From positions 1 through 64,000 of the forward strand of contig JBNKUM010000075.1 of assembly GCA_050298595.1 (NCBI GenBank): 64,000 nucleotides of DNA, read 5' to 3'. Origin of the DNA: Gammaproteobacteria bacterium. GTDB taxonomy: Bacteria; Pseudomonadota; Gammaproteobacteria; GCA-001735895. How positions within the stretch are numbered: the first letter of the stretch is position 1; every line of letters starts with the position of its first letter. Below are positions 1 to 9,098 of the stretch, one piece after another. Made by a program: the position numbers and the translations under genes. Below the pieces are notes generated by a model. That model made no database searches. It had not been told where the DNA came from and saw only the letters and a program-made list of their open reading frames with translations.

Positions 1-174
1 ATTAATAAACCATTTTGCGCGGAGTTACTGGTGTAGTAGTTGGACAGAGGCAGACAGGGTTTTGAAACTAACCCGATTATCGAGATGCCGTTGTAAGAGC
101 TAGATGAAGGTTCATTTCTTCAAAGCTAAATTTATTGCTTGATTTTGATCTATGGTTCTATGTTTTATCTCCCA

Positions 175-197
175 GAGGCAAAAGACAAGGCCTGCCC
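175..197 (+). repeat. 23-bp direct repeat, copy 1 (REP-like)
   Basis: gaggcaaaagacaaggcctgccc matches 1084-1106 at 21 of 23 positions. Confidence 0.65.
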
Positions 198-264
198 ACC
201 AAGAGTTCTATGGCCACATGTTTTTTACATATGGCCGAACCTAAAGACCGCTCATTTAGTCGAG

Positions 265-777
265 CTATTCTCCGTTAATAATTGGTTTGACTTTTCTTTG
301 GACTTTGATTTCTTCTAATGCTTGGTGATTTGGTACTTGCTGAAATATTGCAGAATAGTTTGATATAAATGTGACCACAGTGACAGCATTAAAGTATGCG
401 TCCGTTCCTTTATTAATTGGAAGCCACTGGATAAAATGATCCTTTGTAGAATCGATTGAAATCGTATTTTCTGAAGCCACCTCTATTGATACTGTATCCT
501 TTTCAATTCTAGTTTCAAATTTATATTGGCCAGGTTTAAGTCGCATCACTCCATATCCAAGCTGAGGAAGTTTAAACATTGGTTTACCGTTTACAAATAT
601 TGTAGGAGCTAGCGAGGGTAGTTCTCCAGTATCAAGCCGATAAACATAAACAGTAGCTTTCCCATCATCCGTATCTGTCTCTTTCATGAATAGAGGGCCT
701 GTTGCTAGTTGCACGCACCCTGATAGAAGCGATATTGCAAGGGATATTATTAGTATTTTTGAGAAGCTAATTTTCAC
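265..777 (-). CDS. Lipoprotein, DUF2846-like
   Basis: Lipobox LLSGC after a hydrophobic stretch; ATVYVYR and G-Y...L-x-PG-x-Y pattern typical of DUF2846. Confidence 0.7.
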   Translation of the reverse strand: MKISFSKILIISLAISLLSGCVQLATGPLFMKETDTDDGKATVYVYRLDTGELPSLAPTIFVNGKPMFKLPQLGYGVMRLKPGQYKFETRIEKDTVSIEVASENTISIDSTKDHFIQWLPINKGTDAYFNAVTVVTFISNYSAIFQQVPNHQALEEIKVQRKVKPIINGE

Positions 778-1083
778 TGCTTTTATTTCCTTTAGTATTT
801 TCTAGTGATTGACCTAAAAGGCTCGCTCCACAGCTATTTATGAAGCGGTACGAATAGTTCCGCGCGATCTTTTGAGGTGCTTGTGTATGACCGGTATAGT
901 AACAGTCTTACGGGGTGTAAGCCACCGATGCATTATCTGAGAAGTATCATAAATGAATACTTTTAAAAGTACTAGCCAATGCAAGGGCATAGGGGTTGTC
1001 GGGCCTCTTAAGGATCGATGCGTAAACCCGAACACCCCTCTGTTGGCGATGAATGAGGCTAAGTGGTGTTTTTGTTTTATTGT

Positions 1084-1106
1084 GAGGTAAAAGACAAGAC
1101 CTGCCC
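1084..1106 (+). repeat. 23-bp direct repeat, copy 2 (REP-like)
   Basis: gaggtaaaagacaagacctgccc, followed by tgaccc. Confidence 0.65.
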
Positions 1107-1635
1107 TGACCCTAAAGACTTTTATTGCTCCCCGGGCTTGAAACGGATGTTTAAATATCGAAACCTCGACTTTTACCATTTTGGGGGATTAAAACAGATG
1201 CAAATTATGGCTTGAATAATTCAGAAGTAATCGCTGTTTCATTGCCTAAGAAACTATCTCTTTACTTCGCAGTCGCAGGTTACCCAAGGTTTTTCTGAAT
1301 GTAAGTATACGTCGGATTAACATTGGAATCGCTTCAACTGCTAACTCCAATCTCTCTGCTATGTAATAACAGTTACGAGGACCCGCTCCTCCAAGGATTT
1401 TCATGAAAGCATCCTCCTCCTGTAATGCTTTTGTTGGTCTGGCCTGTGGGAACGCTACTTCACCACTTCCCATTCTGAGTCGGTATTTCATTTTCATATT
1501 GTTCTCCGTTTTCAAGTTGGCTTGTTCTATGTTTCGGATATCTTCAAAATTTCTCTTGTGCTGAAGGGGATAGACATAGTTTAAACTTCAGGTTATTGTT
1601 TATATATACTCCAGTTATGAAATGATTGTTTTTAT

Positions 1636-2520
1636 ATGCGAACAATAAACTTAAACGCTATTCAAGCCTTTCTATCCGTTGCGGAGCATGGAAGCTATAC
1701 CCAGGGCGCAAAATCGATGGGCTGTTCAAAAGCCTATTTAAGTGAGCAGGTTAAAAGCCTGGAAAAGTCTTATAAGGCTCAATTAATTATTCGAACCACA
1801 AGAAAACTCACTTTAACGCCAGCAGGTGAAGCATTTTTAGCCAGGTGTAAAGATGCTTTGACTCAAATTCAACAAGCTGAAGAGCTGTTACTCGACGAAC
1901 AAACCAGGATTCATGGAGACATTAGAATTGCATCAGCAGGTGGAATCCTGGGGGAAGAATTTGTTGCACCCAGTCTTTACGAATTCATGAATTTATATCC
2001 AGAGATAAATATCGAGGTAAACTTCAGTTCCCAAAATGTAGATCTACTCAGCGGTAATTTTGATCTTGCCATTCGCTTTGGTGAGCTCAGGGATTCCACC
2101 TTGATAGCAAAGAGACTCATCAGCTATCGCAACCATTTGTTAGCGACACCGCAATATCTTAAAAATTTCGGTAAGCCAAAATCACCTTCTGAGTTAAACC
2201 TTCATCGCTTGATTGTAGGAACAAAAGATACCTGGGAACTGGAAAAGAAAGGCCTCAAACAAACTATAACACCAGTGCCGAAACTCAAGGCTGGCAATGG
2301 TAAGGTTATGTTGAATGCAGCGCTTAATCATCAGGGGATTACGATGCTTCCTTCGATCTATGTTGCGGATTTAATTGATGCCGGAAAACTTATATCAATA
2401 TTGCCTGAATGGACAAAAAAAGAGACATCCTGTCACATAATTTATCCACCGAGCAGATACAGATTAGCTAAAGTTCAATTATTAGTTAGCCATTTAATAA
2501 ATGATCTTTCCGGGAAGTAA
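1636..2520 (+). CDS. LysR-family transcriptional regulator
   Basis: N-terminal HTH (FLSVAEHGSYTQGAK...RTTRKLTLTPAG); FDLAIR motif; 294 aa. Confidence 0.95.
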   Translation: MRTINLNAIQAFLSVAEHGSYTQGAKSMGCSKAYLSEQVKSLEKSYKAQLIIRTTRKLTLTPAGEAFLARCKDALTQIQQAEELLLDEQTRIHGDIRIASAGGILGEEFVAPSLYEFMNLYPEINIEVNFSSQNVDLLSGNFDLAIRFGELRDSTLIAKRLISYRNHLLATPQYLKNFGKPKSPSELNLHRLIVGTKDTWELEKKGLKQTITPVPKLKAGNGKVMLNAALNHQGITMLPSIYVADLIDAGKLISILPEWTKKETSCHIIYPPSRYRLAKVQLLVSHLINDLSGK

Positions 2521-2720
2521 TATGTCTGCATAGTATTTTATAAATGAATTGAGATGTTTTTTAATACAAAACCAGAGTCACCCATTAGCCAATTCTGATG
2601 ACAAAATTGTAAGGAACATTTTTAAACACACAAAGTACGGTCCGAAGGGTGGAGGGCAGGAAGCCCGGAATAGATAAGGGCTTGTTCGTGGCGGCTTGCG
2701 ATAATTCAGTCATTATCTCG

Positions 2721-2867
2721 AACGTCAGCTTATTTGACTAATGAGTCTTCGAGCGGCTAGTAGATTAAAAATATTTAATTTCTGACACTGAATACCTGCT
2801 GTGTTGATAAAGCGGTCATTCGCTTGAGTAGGGTACCAATGTCTCTGACGTGCCAGGAACGGACATA
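2721..2867. repeat. Three degenerate 30-bp palindromes (2721-2750, 2791-2820, 2838-2867)
   Basis: Fit a loose consensus AAYGWCMGCT-N10-AGCRGWCRTT; the 2721 copy is the weakest palindrome but closely matches the copy at 5987. Confidence 0.5.
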
Positions 2868-3053
2868 AGTCCCTGTTCAAATGCCCCGCTAGTCCATTTA
2901 CTCGTCATTTTCGAAAATTATTCCACATCCCCCCCCTATAGCGGATTTTGTGGAGAGTGTATACAATCTGTCTGGTTATTGTGATAAGGGGGCAGTTTGG
3001 CAAAAACAATTTGTCAATTATTTAAACCATTAATTCGTTGAAGGAGATAACAG

Positions 3054-3272
3054 ATGAAAGCTAAAACAGTAAAAAAGGCAGCCAAAACAACAGCGACAAA
3101 GAGTAAAGTCACGAGCTCGAAAAAATCGGCTATTTCAGACGAACAACGTTATAAGATGATTGCCGAAGCGGCGTACTATCGGGCGGAAAAACGCGGGTTT
3201 GATGGTGGTGATTCCTTGCATGACTGGCATGAAGCCAGTAAGGAAATTGATAAGTCGTTACATTTACAGTAG
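3054..3272 (+). CDS. Small DUF2934-like protein with Lys/Ala-rich N-terminus
   Basis: MIAEAAYYRAEKRGF...DWHEA motif; SD aaggag upstream. Confidence 0.85.
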   Translation: MKAKTVKKAAKTTATKSKVTSSKKSAISDEQRYKMIAEAAYYRAEKRGFDGGDSLHDWHEASKEIDKSLHLQ

Positions 3273-3424
3273 TGGTTTTTCCATGTTGCAGTTCTCTGAT
3301 GTTTGCTAACTGCAACAGGATACTATTTGCATTCAGGGCAGCTCTACTCCTGGCAAGGAATACCCCTATTAGGCATTGACTGAGCTGACTACTATCAAAA
3401 GCGGCCATTAATTCTTTGTATTCA

Positions 3425-3454
3425 TTTGTCAAGTATGTGCCATTAGCAGTCGTT
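3425..3454. repeat. Degenerate 30-bp palindrome upstream of the three-gene operon
   Basis: tttgtcaagt-atgtgccatt-agcagtcgtt; spacer shares gtgcca with the 2838 copy. Confidence 0.4.
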
Positions 3455-3667
3455 TCCTATAAGCCGTAGGCATCTACCAGGTTATAGACTATGCCGATAT
3501 TCAGAAAAATCAGGAAATAGGTATACTATCCACAGATTTCCCAAATCTGAATCGGCTGATTACATATTTGCCGGATAGTGTATTATCGAAAACTGTATTT
3601 TGATCCTATTATATGGCTTATTATATAAGATTATTTATTGTCTCACATGTTTAGGTAAAGGGTTCAC

Positions 3668-4378
3668 ATGATCTTAGATTCGTTCACGCTTGAAACTGTA
3701 GTTTTTCAGATCCGCTATTCTGAAGCCTATAGAGTATGGGATCATGCGGGTGAAATTGCTCAACGCCTCTGCCTCATTTGGCCAGATTTAAAGTTGTATG
3801 AAGGTAGGCCAAATCAACAAATATTTAAAGGGAAAAACGTAACTATTCAAACAGGTTTGACGGATTCAGCAGTCACAATTTCTGGTGCTGATTCTTTGGG
3901 GAAAAGCAAAGTGAAGCAGTTAACAAAAACGTTTGAGGAGTGGTGTCAAGTCCTTAAATTCACTGATCTTACGCAAATAAGTACTCTCGCGACATACGAA
4001 AAAATTTTTCCCTCGTTAATGAAGGCAAATGCTGAAATGATTGGGTTGAATTTAGTTCGATGGCCAACTGATAAGGTTTTTGATCAGCCGATCGAATCTG
4101 AAAATAATGGAGTTGAAGTTTTCTATCGATTTCAAGATGAAGAATCATTCTCTACGTTGAGATTGAATGTTGAGCAAACAAAATATGAAGTAGACCTTAA
4201 TCCTAGCTATGTTGATGTTACAGAAATAAGAAAAACCAAATGCCGAATGCTTATTAAATTCGATAGAGGAATATTGGGTTCAATAAATCCCCAAAAGTTT
4301 AGGGTAGATGATTGGATAAAGGGTTATCAGCATGTCCTACACCGGGATATAGAAAAAGTGACGAAGGGACAAGTATGA
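3668..4378 (+). CDS. Hypothetical protein, resembles TIGR04255 family
   Basis: 236 aa; VVFQIRY at the N-terminus and LIKFD near the C-terminus recall the TIGR04255 layout (by eye only). Confidence 0.6.
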   Translation: MILDSFTLETVVFQIRYSEAYRVWDHAGEIAQRLCLIWPDLKLYEGRPNQQIFKGKNVTIQTGLTDSAVTISGADSLGKSKVKQLTKTFEEWCQVLKFTDLTQISTLATYEKIFPSLMKANAEMIGLNLVRWPTDKVFDQPIESENNGVEVFYRFQDEESFSTLRLNVEQTKYEVDLNPSYVDVTEIRKTKCRMLIKFDRGILGSINPQKFRVDDWIKGYQHVLHRDIEKVTKGQV

Positions 4379-5085
4379 CAGCTACAATACACCATTTATC
4401 AACATCTTTTACAGATGTTCCAACAGAGGTATCTACTGTCAATCTTTCTAGGAACGCTCAGACCAGTGTGTCTTTCGGGGAGGGAATGACAGCAAGCCAG
4501 AAGATTATTAATGATTTAAATAGTACCAACATAGATACAGGAGAGATTGTTGCTAAACGAGTTGGAGATGCAACTGTTGAGCGGACTTACCCGCATGTAT
4601 TCGATGAGGGGGCGGAGACAGGTCAAGTTCGCAACAATATATTAAACGCTCTCGATAATGCGCGGGGTGCGCTTGATTCTTACGGCGTACCTGACTTGGA
4701 GTCTATGAATACAAAGATAATAGTCATTGCTACAATTATGAGTAGAACTCATCTGCTAACTGAATTCAACGAAAGTCTTGGAGCTGTAGTCTCATTTTTG
4801 AGAAGAGCAATGCTAAATACACCTATTGAAAATGTGAATCGGCCAGCACTAAATGCTTTGGTTAATGTTCTACAATTAATGGCGGATAACCCTATGATAG
4901 ATCTGGATGATGCTTGCGATTTAATAGATAAGCTTTCGAATGAGGGCTGGCATGGCATGCATGGTATAGCTGATAAGTTAGTAACCTTACTGTTCGAAGA
5001 ATCTTCTACCGAAAATAATACCGATTTGCAGGGAAAATTATTCGCTGACGTTCAAACTGAAGGTGCTCAGGATAGGGAGTTTTGA
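4375..5085 (+). CDS. Hypothetical protein (Ser/Thr-rich N-terminus, helical-looking acidic C-terminus)
   Basis: ATG at 4375 overlaps the upstream stop (ATGA); 236 aa; stop overlaps next start (TTGA). Confidence 0.75.
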   Translation: MTATIHHLSTSFTDVPTEVSTVNLSRNAQTSVSFGEGMTASQKIINDLNSTNIDTGEIVAKRVGDATVERTYPHVFDEGAETGQVRNNILNALDNARGALDSYGVPDLESMNTKIIVIATIMSRTHLLTEFNESLGAVVSFLRRAMLNTPIENVNRPALNALVNVLQLMADNPMIDLDDACDLIDKLSNEGWHGMHGIADKLVTLLFEESSTENNTDLQGKLFADVQTEGAQDREF

Positions 5086-5894
5086 ACGGTAGTTTTCTTG
5101 ATACAACTGTACTCATTCATATCGCTGAAGGAGTCAAGCCTCATAGCACAAAGGGGGAGGCATTTATAGGTGCCAATCAACCGGCTGAAATACCATATTA
5201 TGCTCTACGAGAATTGTTGACTGGGCGTGTAAGAATTCTTTGTGATGCCCATAATGCTTTACTTTCTGCTGAAAATGCTCCAGAGGCGTTACTCAGTATA
5301 CATAGAAGTTGTTGCTTCGCAGGACGAACAATGAATTCTAAACTAGAAGAAATCGCAAAAGCGATGGCTTCGGTGTTTGTTGATAACCCTAAAGGTAGTC
5401 GAGAGCTTTTGAAGCGTGAAATGCTCCAAGATTTAGCGATTAAAGCTAATAATTTATGGCGTAAATCACGCCAATTAAAGATGACGACCTTAGTTCAGCC
5501 TTTAGCTTGTTTTAATGATGGAAAAGTTGATTTTGGTCCTTCTGGTGAATTGATGGGACCTAGAAATTCATTCAATTGCATCAAGAATGAACGCTGCGCT
5601 GCGGCGGCTTATATTTATGACGATATAAGCAATTTGACCAAGATGATCGAAGCACTTCATCCCAAAAATTTAGAATCTAAAGCTGCTAATAAAACTGAGA
5701 ATAAAACACGAAGAAAAGTATTGAAAGATCTGTTATCCCAAGGACCAAAAGATTTTAATAAAGGGTCTTGCAGGGCTCTAGGTGACGCTTATTTTGCGGC
5801 AATGTGTCCACCTGGCTCTGTCGTAGTAACGAGCAATATGGATGATCACGAACCTCTTTGTTTAGCGCTCGGGAAAAAGGCGATAGAACCCTAA
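5082..5894 (+). CDS. PIN-domain-like nuclease with a large Cys-containing insertion
   Basis: FLDTTVLI, ALRELL, LGDAYFAA and VVTSNMDDH match the spacing pattern of PIN acidic motifs; 270 aa, 9 Cys. Confidence 0.7.
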   Translation: MNGSFLDTTVLIHIAEGVKPHSTKGEAFIGANQPAEIPYYALRELLTGRVRILCDAHNALLSAENAPEALLSIHRSCCFAGRTMNSKLEEIAKAMASVFVDNPKGSRELLKREMLQDLAIKANNLWRKSRQLKMTTLVQPLACFNDGKVDFGPSGELMGPRNSFNCIKNERCAAAAYIYDDISNLTKMIEALHPKNLESKAANKTENKTRRKVLKDLLSQGPKDFNKGSCRALGDAYFAAMCPPGSVVVTSNMDDHEPLCLALGKKAIEP

Positions 5895-5930
5895 TTTATA
5901 GCTCAGCGGTGACCATTTGTTAGGTTGTTA

Positions 5931-6016
5931 AAAGGCCGTTTTGGGTCGATAGGGAGCGTTCACCGTAACCTGATCTCGTGCACCTGAACGTCCGGTTATT
6001 TGACAATGCAGAAGTT
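5931..6016. repeat. Two degenerate 30-bp palindromes (5931-5960, 5987-6016)
   Basis: aaaggccgtt-ttgggtcgat-agggagcgtt and aacgtccggt-tatttgacaa-tgcagaagtt. Confidence 0.5.
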
Positions 6017-6121
6017 GCGCTGGCAGCCCATGAAAGGCAGCAGTTGTCATCTACCCACCTTTTTGGTCCACCCTACAAATGTCAGGAAAAACCTGCACCA
6101 ATGATTTTTTCTAACAAAAAG

Positions 6122-6337
6122 CTAACCCTGAAGCTGAATCAGGATTTTCTCATCACCAAATTCAATCGTATCTCCAGCGATAATTTTCTTGCGTTTGCGG
6201 GTTTCGGTAATGTCGTTAACCTTAACCAGACCGTCGGCGATTACCGTTTTGGCCTCCGCACCGCTGGCGGTCATGCCTTCAAATTTAAGAATCTTATAAA
6301 GCTCAACCGGTTGCTGGTTGATATTAACGATACGCAT
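6122..6337 (-). CDS. ybcJ: S4-domain ribosome-associated protein (YbcJ-like)
   Basis: ELYKILKFEGMTASGAEAK...VKVN...ETRKRKKI; start moved to ATG at 6337. Confidence 0.85.
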   Translation of the reverse strand: MRIVNINQQPVELYKILKFEGMTASGAEAKTVIADGLVKVNDITETRKRKKIIAGDTIEFGDEKILIQLQG

Positions 6338-6670
6338 GTTAAAGAGAGTCTCCTGAGTGGTTTCTGTGCTTGTTAAATAAGCAGCGCATACTGTCATGAG
6401 GCCTCAGTTTTATCAATGATATTTATGAAACAGTCTAGCCTGTAATTGTGGTGAGCAATATAAAAGAATCATTCGCATTATTTTGGAGGTGGATTTTGCG
6501 ATAGCATTCTTTTGGCTTACAATTCGTTAGTCCGTTATTTACGGGCATTCCTTCCGCAAAGGGAGAAATAAACCAATAAACAAATAAGCCCATGTCAAGT
6601 GCTATGTTTCCGGAGCATTAATCAGGTACGAGTGGGTTGAATTTATTTTAATAATCATGATGGAGAATTT

Positions 6671-7450
6671 ATGTTAAATATAAAAACGCAATGTCTTACT
6701 GTGGCGCTTTGCCTGCTACCCGTCTGTGGTATGGCGGAGGATAATGGTAATCGCTATAACCGTGATAGACAGTATCTTTCAGAAATAAGTGCCTCAGATG
6801 CGTATTTGCAAGCCAGCAGCAGTCATCATCATAAAAAGGAAGAGCATGGTAGGCATCATCATTCAACTGCTACTATTATCGACGTTAGAACTCGCAGGGA
6901 ATACGCTGCGGGTCATCCTGAAAAGGCATTTAATGTGCCTTATCCTCGCATAGATACTGGATACAATCAGGATCCCACAACCTTTTACTGGGAGGTTTAT
7001 AAAAATATAGCGAAAGGGAATACAGATCGGGCTCTATTTACGCTGTGTCGTACCGGTTCGCGGAGCATTGATGCGGGTAATGTTTTAGCCGATCCTGCTA
7101 ATACAGCACTAGATCCCGGACGCTCAGCAGTGTTAGCTGATCCTGTTCTGGGTGAGCCAGTACCATTTACCAATGTTAGAAATATATGGGAAGGTTTTGT
7201 GGGACGTGAACTGTTTGCATTCGAAAACGGCTTGCCAAATCCTGCCATCAAACTTGATCTAAATAATGATGGCGTTATTAATGCTGATACTGCTGATGTA
7301 TATGCCCATACAAAGGATGCTAATCCCGATAAGGATGGCTGGCGTAATTTCAGGAATTTACCCTGGACTACGAAAATTCGTAAGTCTCAGTCCTATCTCC
7401 AGAATAAAGATCAGTACGAGTGCTGGCAGAATGATGTAGGTTGTCCTTAA
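6671..7450 (+). CDS. Exported rhodanese-domain protein
   Basis: Signal peptide; IIDVRT..EY..GHP and catalytic loop LCRTGSRS; SD ggag. Confidence 0.8.
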   Translation: MLNIKTQCLTVALCLLPVCGMAEDNGNRYNRDRQYLSEISASDAYLQASSSHHHKKEEHGRHHHSTATIIDVRTRREYAAGHPEKAFNVPYPRIDTGYNQDPTTFYWEVYKNIAKGNTDRALFTLCRTGSRSIDAGNVLADPANTALDPGRSAVLADPVLGEPVPFTNVRNIWEGFVGRELFAFENGLPNPAIKLDLNNDGVINADTADVYAHTKDANPDKDGWRNFRNLPWTTKIRKSQSYLQNKDQYECWQNDVGCP

Positions 7451-7475
7451 AACGAAAGTTAATTTTATTGATTAT

Positions 7476-7505
7476 AAAAAAAGCCCCGTCACGGGGCTTT
7501 TTTTT
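7476..7505. terminator. Bidirectional intrinsic terminator
   Basis: A-tract, gccccg-tca-cggggc stem and T-tract between convergent genes. Confidence 0.9.
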
Positions 7506-7521
7506 GGAATGAATGATTTTG

Positions 7522-8895
7522 TCAGCTTTTTGATGTCAACTTTCTATGAGGCAAGATGATACTCAGTAATATAGCAGTCAGACCACCTGCCGTGATACCA
7601 GAAGAAAATACGTTTTTAATTTCTTCGGGCGCTACATTTTTCAGTATGTCTGGCACCATGGTGACACCAAGACCTATACCCAGTGAAACTGCAACAATGA
7701 GAATTTCGCGCGAGCCCAGGTGTTGAGTGGCGAGTATGCGAATACCGGCTACGGCTACCGTACCGAACATGAGTATGGTTGCGCCACCCAGTACCGGTTC
7801 TGGCATGATGCGAAATACGCCAGCCAGGATGGGGGACAGCCCAAGCACAACAAAGATGCCAGCAATGAAGAAGGCGACATAGCGACTGGCTACACCGGTC
7901 AGCTGAATAACTCCATTGTTCTGACTGAAGGTGGTGTTGGGAAATGTACAGAATATTCCCGCCAGTGCAGAGTTGATGCCATCGGCAAGTACACCGCCCT
8001 TGATTCTCTGCATATAAACATCACCCTGTACCGGTTGACGTGAAATCATCGAGGTTGCGGTCAGGTCACCTATCGATTCAACTGCAGTGATCAGGTAGAT
8101 AATGGCAATGGGCAGGAAAGCTGCGAAACTAAAATCCAGACCATATTTAAAAGGAACCGGTAGGCTAAAAAGGCTTAAACCTCCCAGTTTTGAGAAATTA
8201 ATCATCCCCATAGAAGCCGCGACTACATAACCCACCGCAAGCCCGATGACGATTGAGCTCATGCGCAGTAAGGGATTCTTACTCATGTTTAGAAACAGGA
8301 TAATGATCAGCACCAGAGCGGCCAGACCAAGATTTTGCATGCTGGCAAATGTATCTGGCACTTTGGTCATTACATAGAATCCACCGCCTATGGAGATTAG
8401 CCCCACCTTGATTAAAGTAAGACCAATCAGTGTCACCACGACGCCGGTGACGACAGGCGTAATGATTCTTTTCGCCAGGTGTAGGAAGCGGCTAAGGAAT
8501 ATCTCGATAAAGGAGCCTGCGATAATGACACCAAAGATAGTAGCCAGTGCGGCCTCTGCGCCAGCACCAGCTTTAATAGCCATCGCGGCACCGATAATGG
8601 GACCCAGAAAGGCAAAGCTGGTGCCCTGTACACTGAGCAGGCCGGAGCCGACAGGTCCCATGCGTTTAGCCTGAATAAAGGTGGCAACACCTGAGACAAA
8701 CAGGGACATGCTGATGATATAGGCCGAATCTGCGATATCCAGCCCCAGCGCTCCAGTGATGACCAGTGGTGGCGTCATAATGCCGACCAGACTGGCTAGT
8801 ACGTGCTGCAGGGCGGCGAAAAATGATTCTAGCGGTGGTGGCTGATCATCCAGTTGATAAATTAAATCTGCTTCCATCTGTTTCTGCTCACTCAT
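7522..8895 (-). CDS. NCS2 nucleobase:cation symporter (xanthine/urate permease)
   Basis: LQH motif and NAT signature FSQNNGVIQLTG; many TM segments. Confidence 0.93.
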   Translation of the reverse strand: MSEQKQMEADLIYQLDDQPPPLESFFAALQHVLASLVGIMTPPLVITGALGLDIADSAYIISMSLFVSGVATFIQAKRMGPVGSGLLSVQGTSFAFLGPIIGAAMAIKAGAGAEAALATIFGVIIAGSFIEIFLSRFLHLAKRIITPVVTGVVVTLIGLTLIKVGLISIGGGFYVMTKVPDTFASMQNLGLAALVLIIILFLNMSKNPLLRMSSIVIGLAVGYVVAASMGMINFSKLGGLSLFSLPVPFKYGLDFSFAAFLPIAIIYLITAVESIGDLTATSMISRQPVQGDVYMQRIKGGVLADGINSALAGIFCTFPNTTFSQNNGVIQLTGVASRYVAFFIAGIFVVLGLSPILAGVFRIMPEPVLGGATILMFGTVAVAGIRILATQHLGSREILIVAVSLGIGLGVTMVPDILKNVAPEEIKNVFSSGITAGGLTAILLSIILPHRKLTSKS

Positions 8896-9098
8896 AACTG
8901 CACCTTATAAAAAATTGTGGCCTGCGTGAATCGTTTTTATCAGCATGGGTATAGCTTATGAATACTGAAAAAAATGATTGAAGCAAGGCTCGTTAAGTTG
9001 CTGTGAGATATATCAATATCAGTCCGGGTTGTAAAATTATCTCCCGGGTCAGGTGAAATCGAGTCTGCTGAATAGAGTGGGTGCTACAAATCTGTGCG

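Noticed and set aside
838-1515. 113-aa and 89-aa minus-strand ORFs; an alternative-frame TDSEWEVVK resembling IS5 or BlaI N-termini
   Set aside because: No sustained family motif in any frame; too short to call.
4312-4374. Longer start for gene 2 given in the ORF track
   Set aside because: Overlaps gene 1 by 67 nt; ATG 4375 gives a standard ATGA coupling.
5899-5910. tagctcagcggt resembling a tRNA D-arm start
   Set aside because: No anticodon arm, T-arm or acceptor stem follows.
5978-6376. 132-aa plus-strand ORF
   Set aside because: Antisense shadow of the well-supported ybcJ gene.
6540-6640. Possible c-di-GMP riboswitch upstream of the rhodanese gene
   Set aside because: Only weak hairpins; conserved class I/II core not found. 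A cmscan would settle it.
8896-9098. Possible purine or xanthine riboswitch before the NCS2 permease
   Set aside because: One short ccggg/cccgg stem only; no recognisable aptamer consensus.
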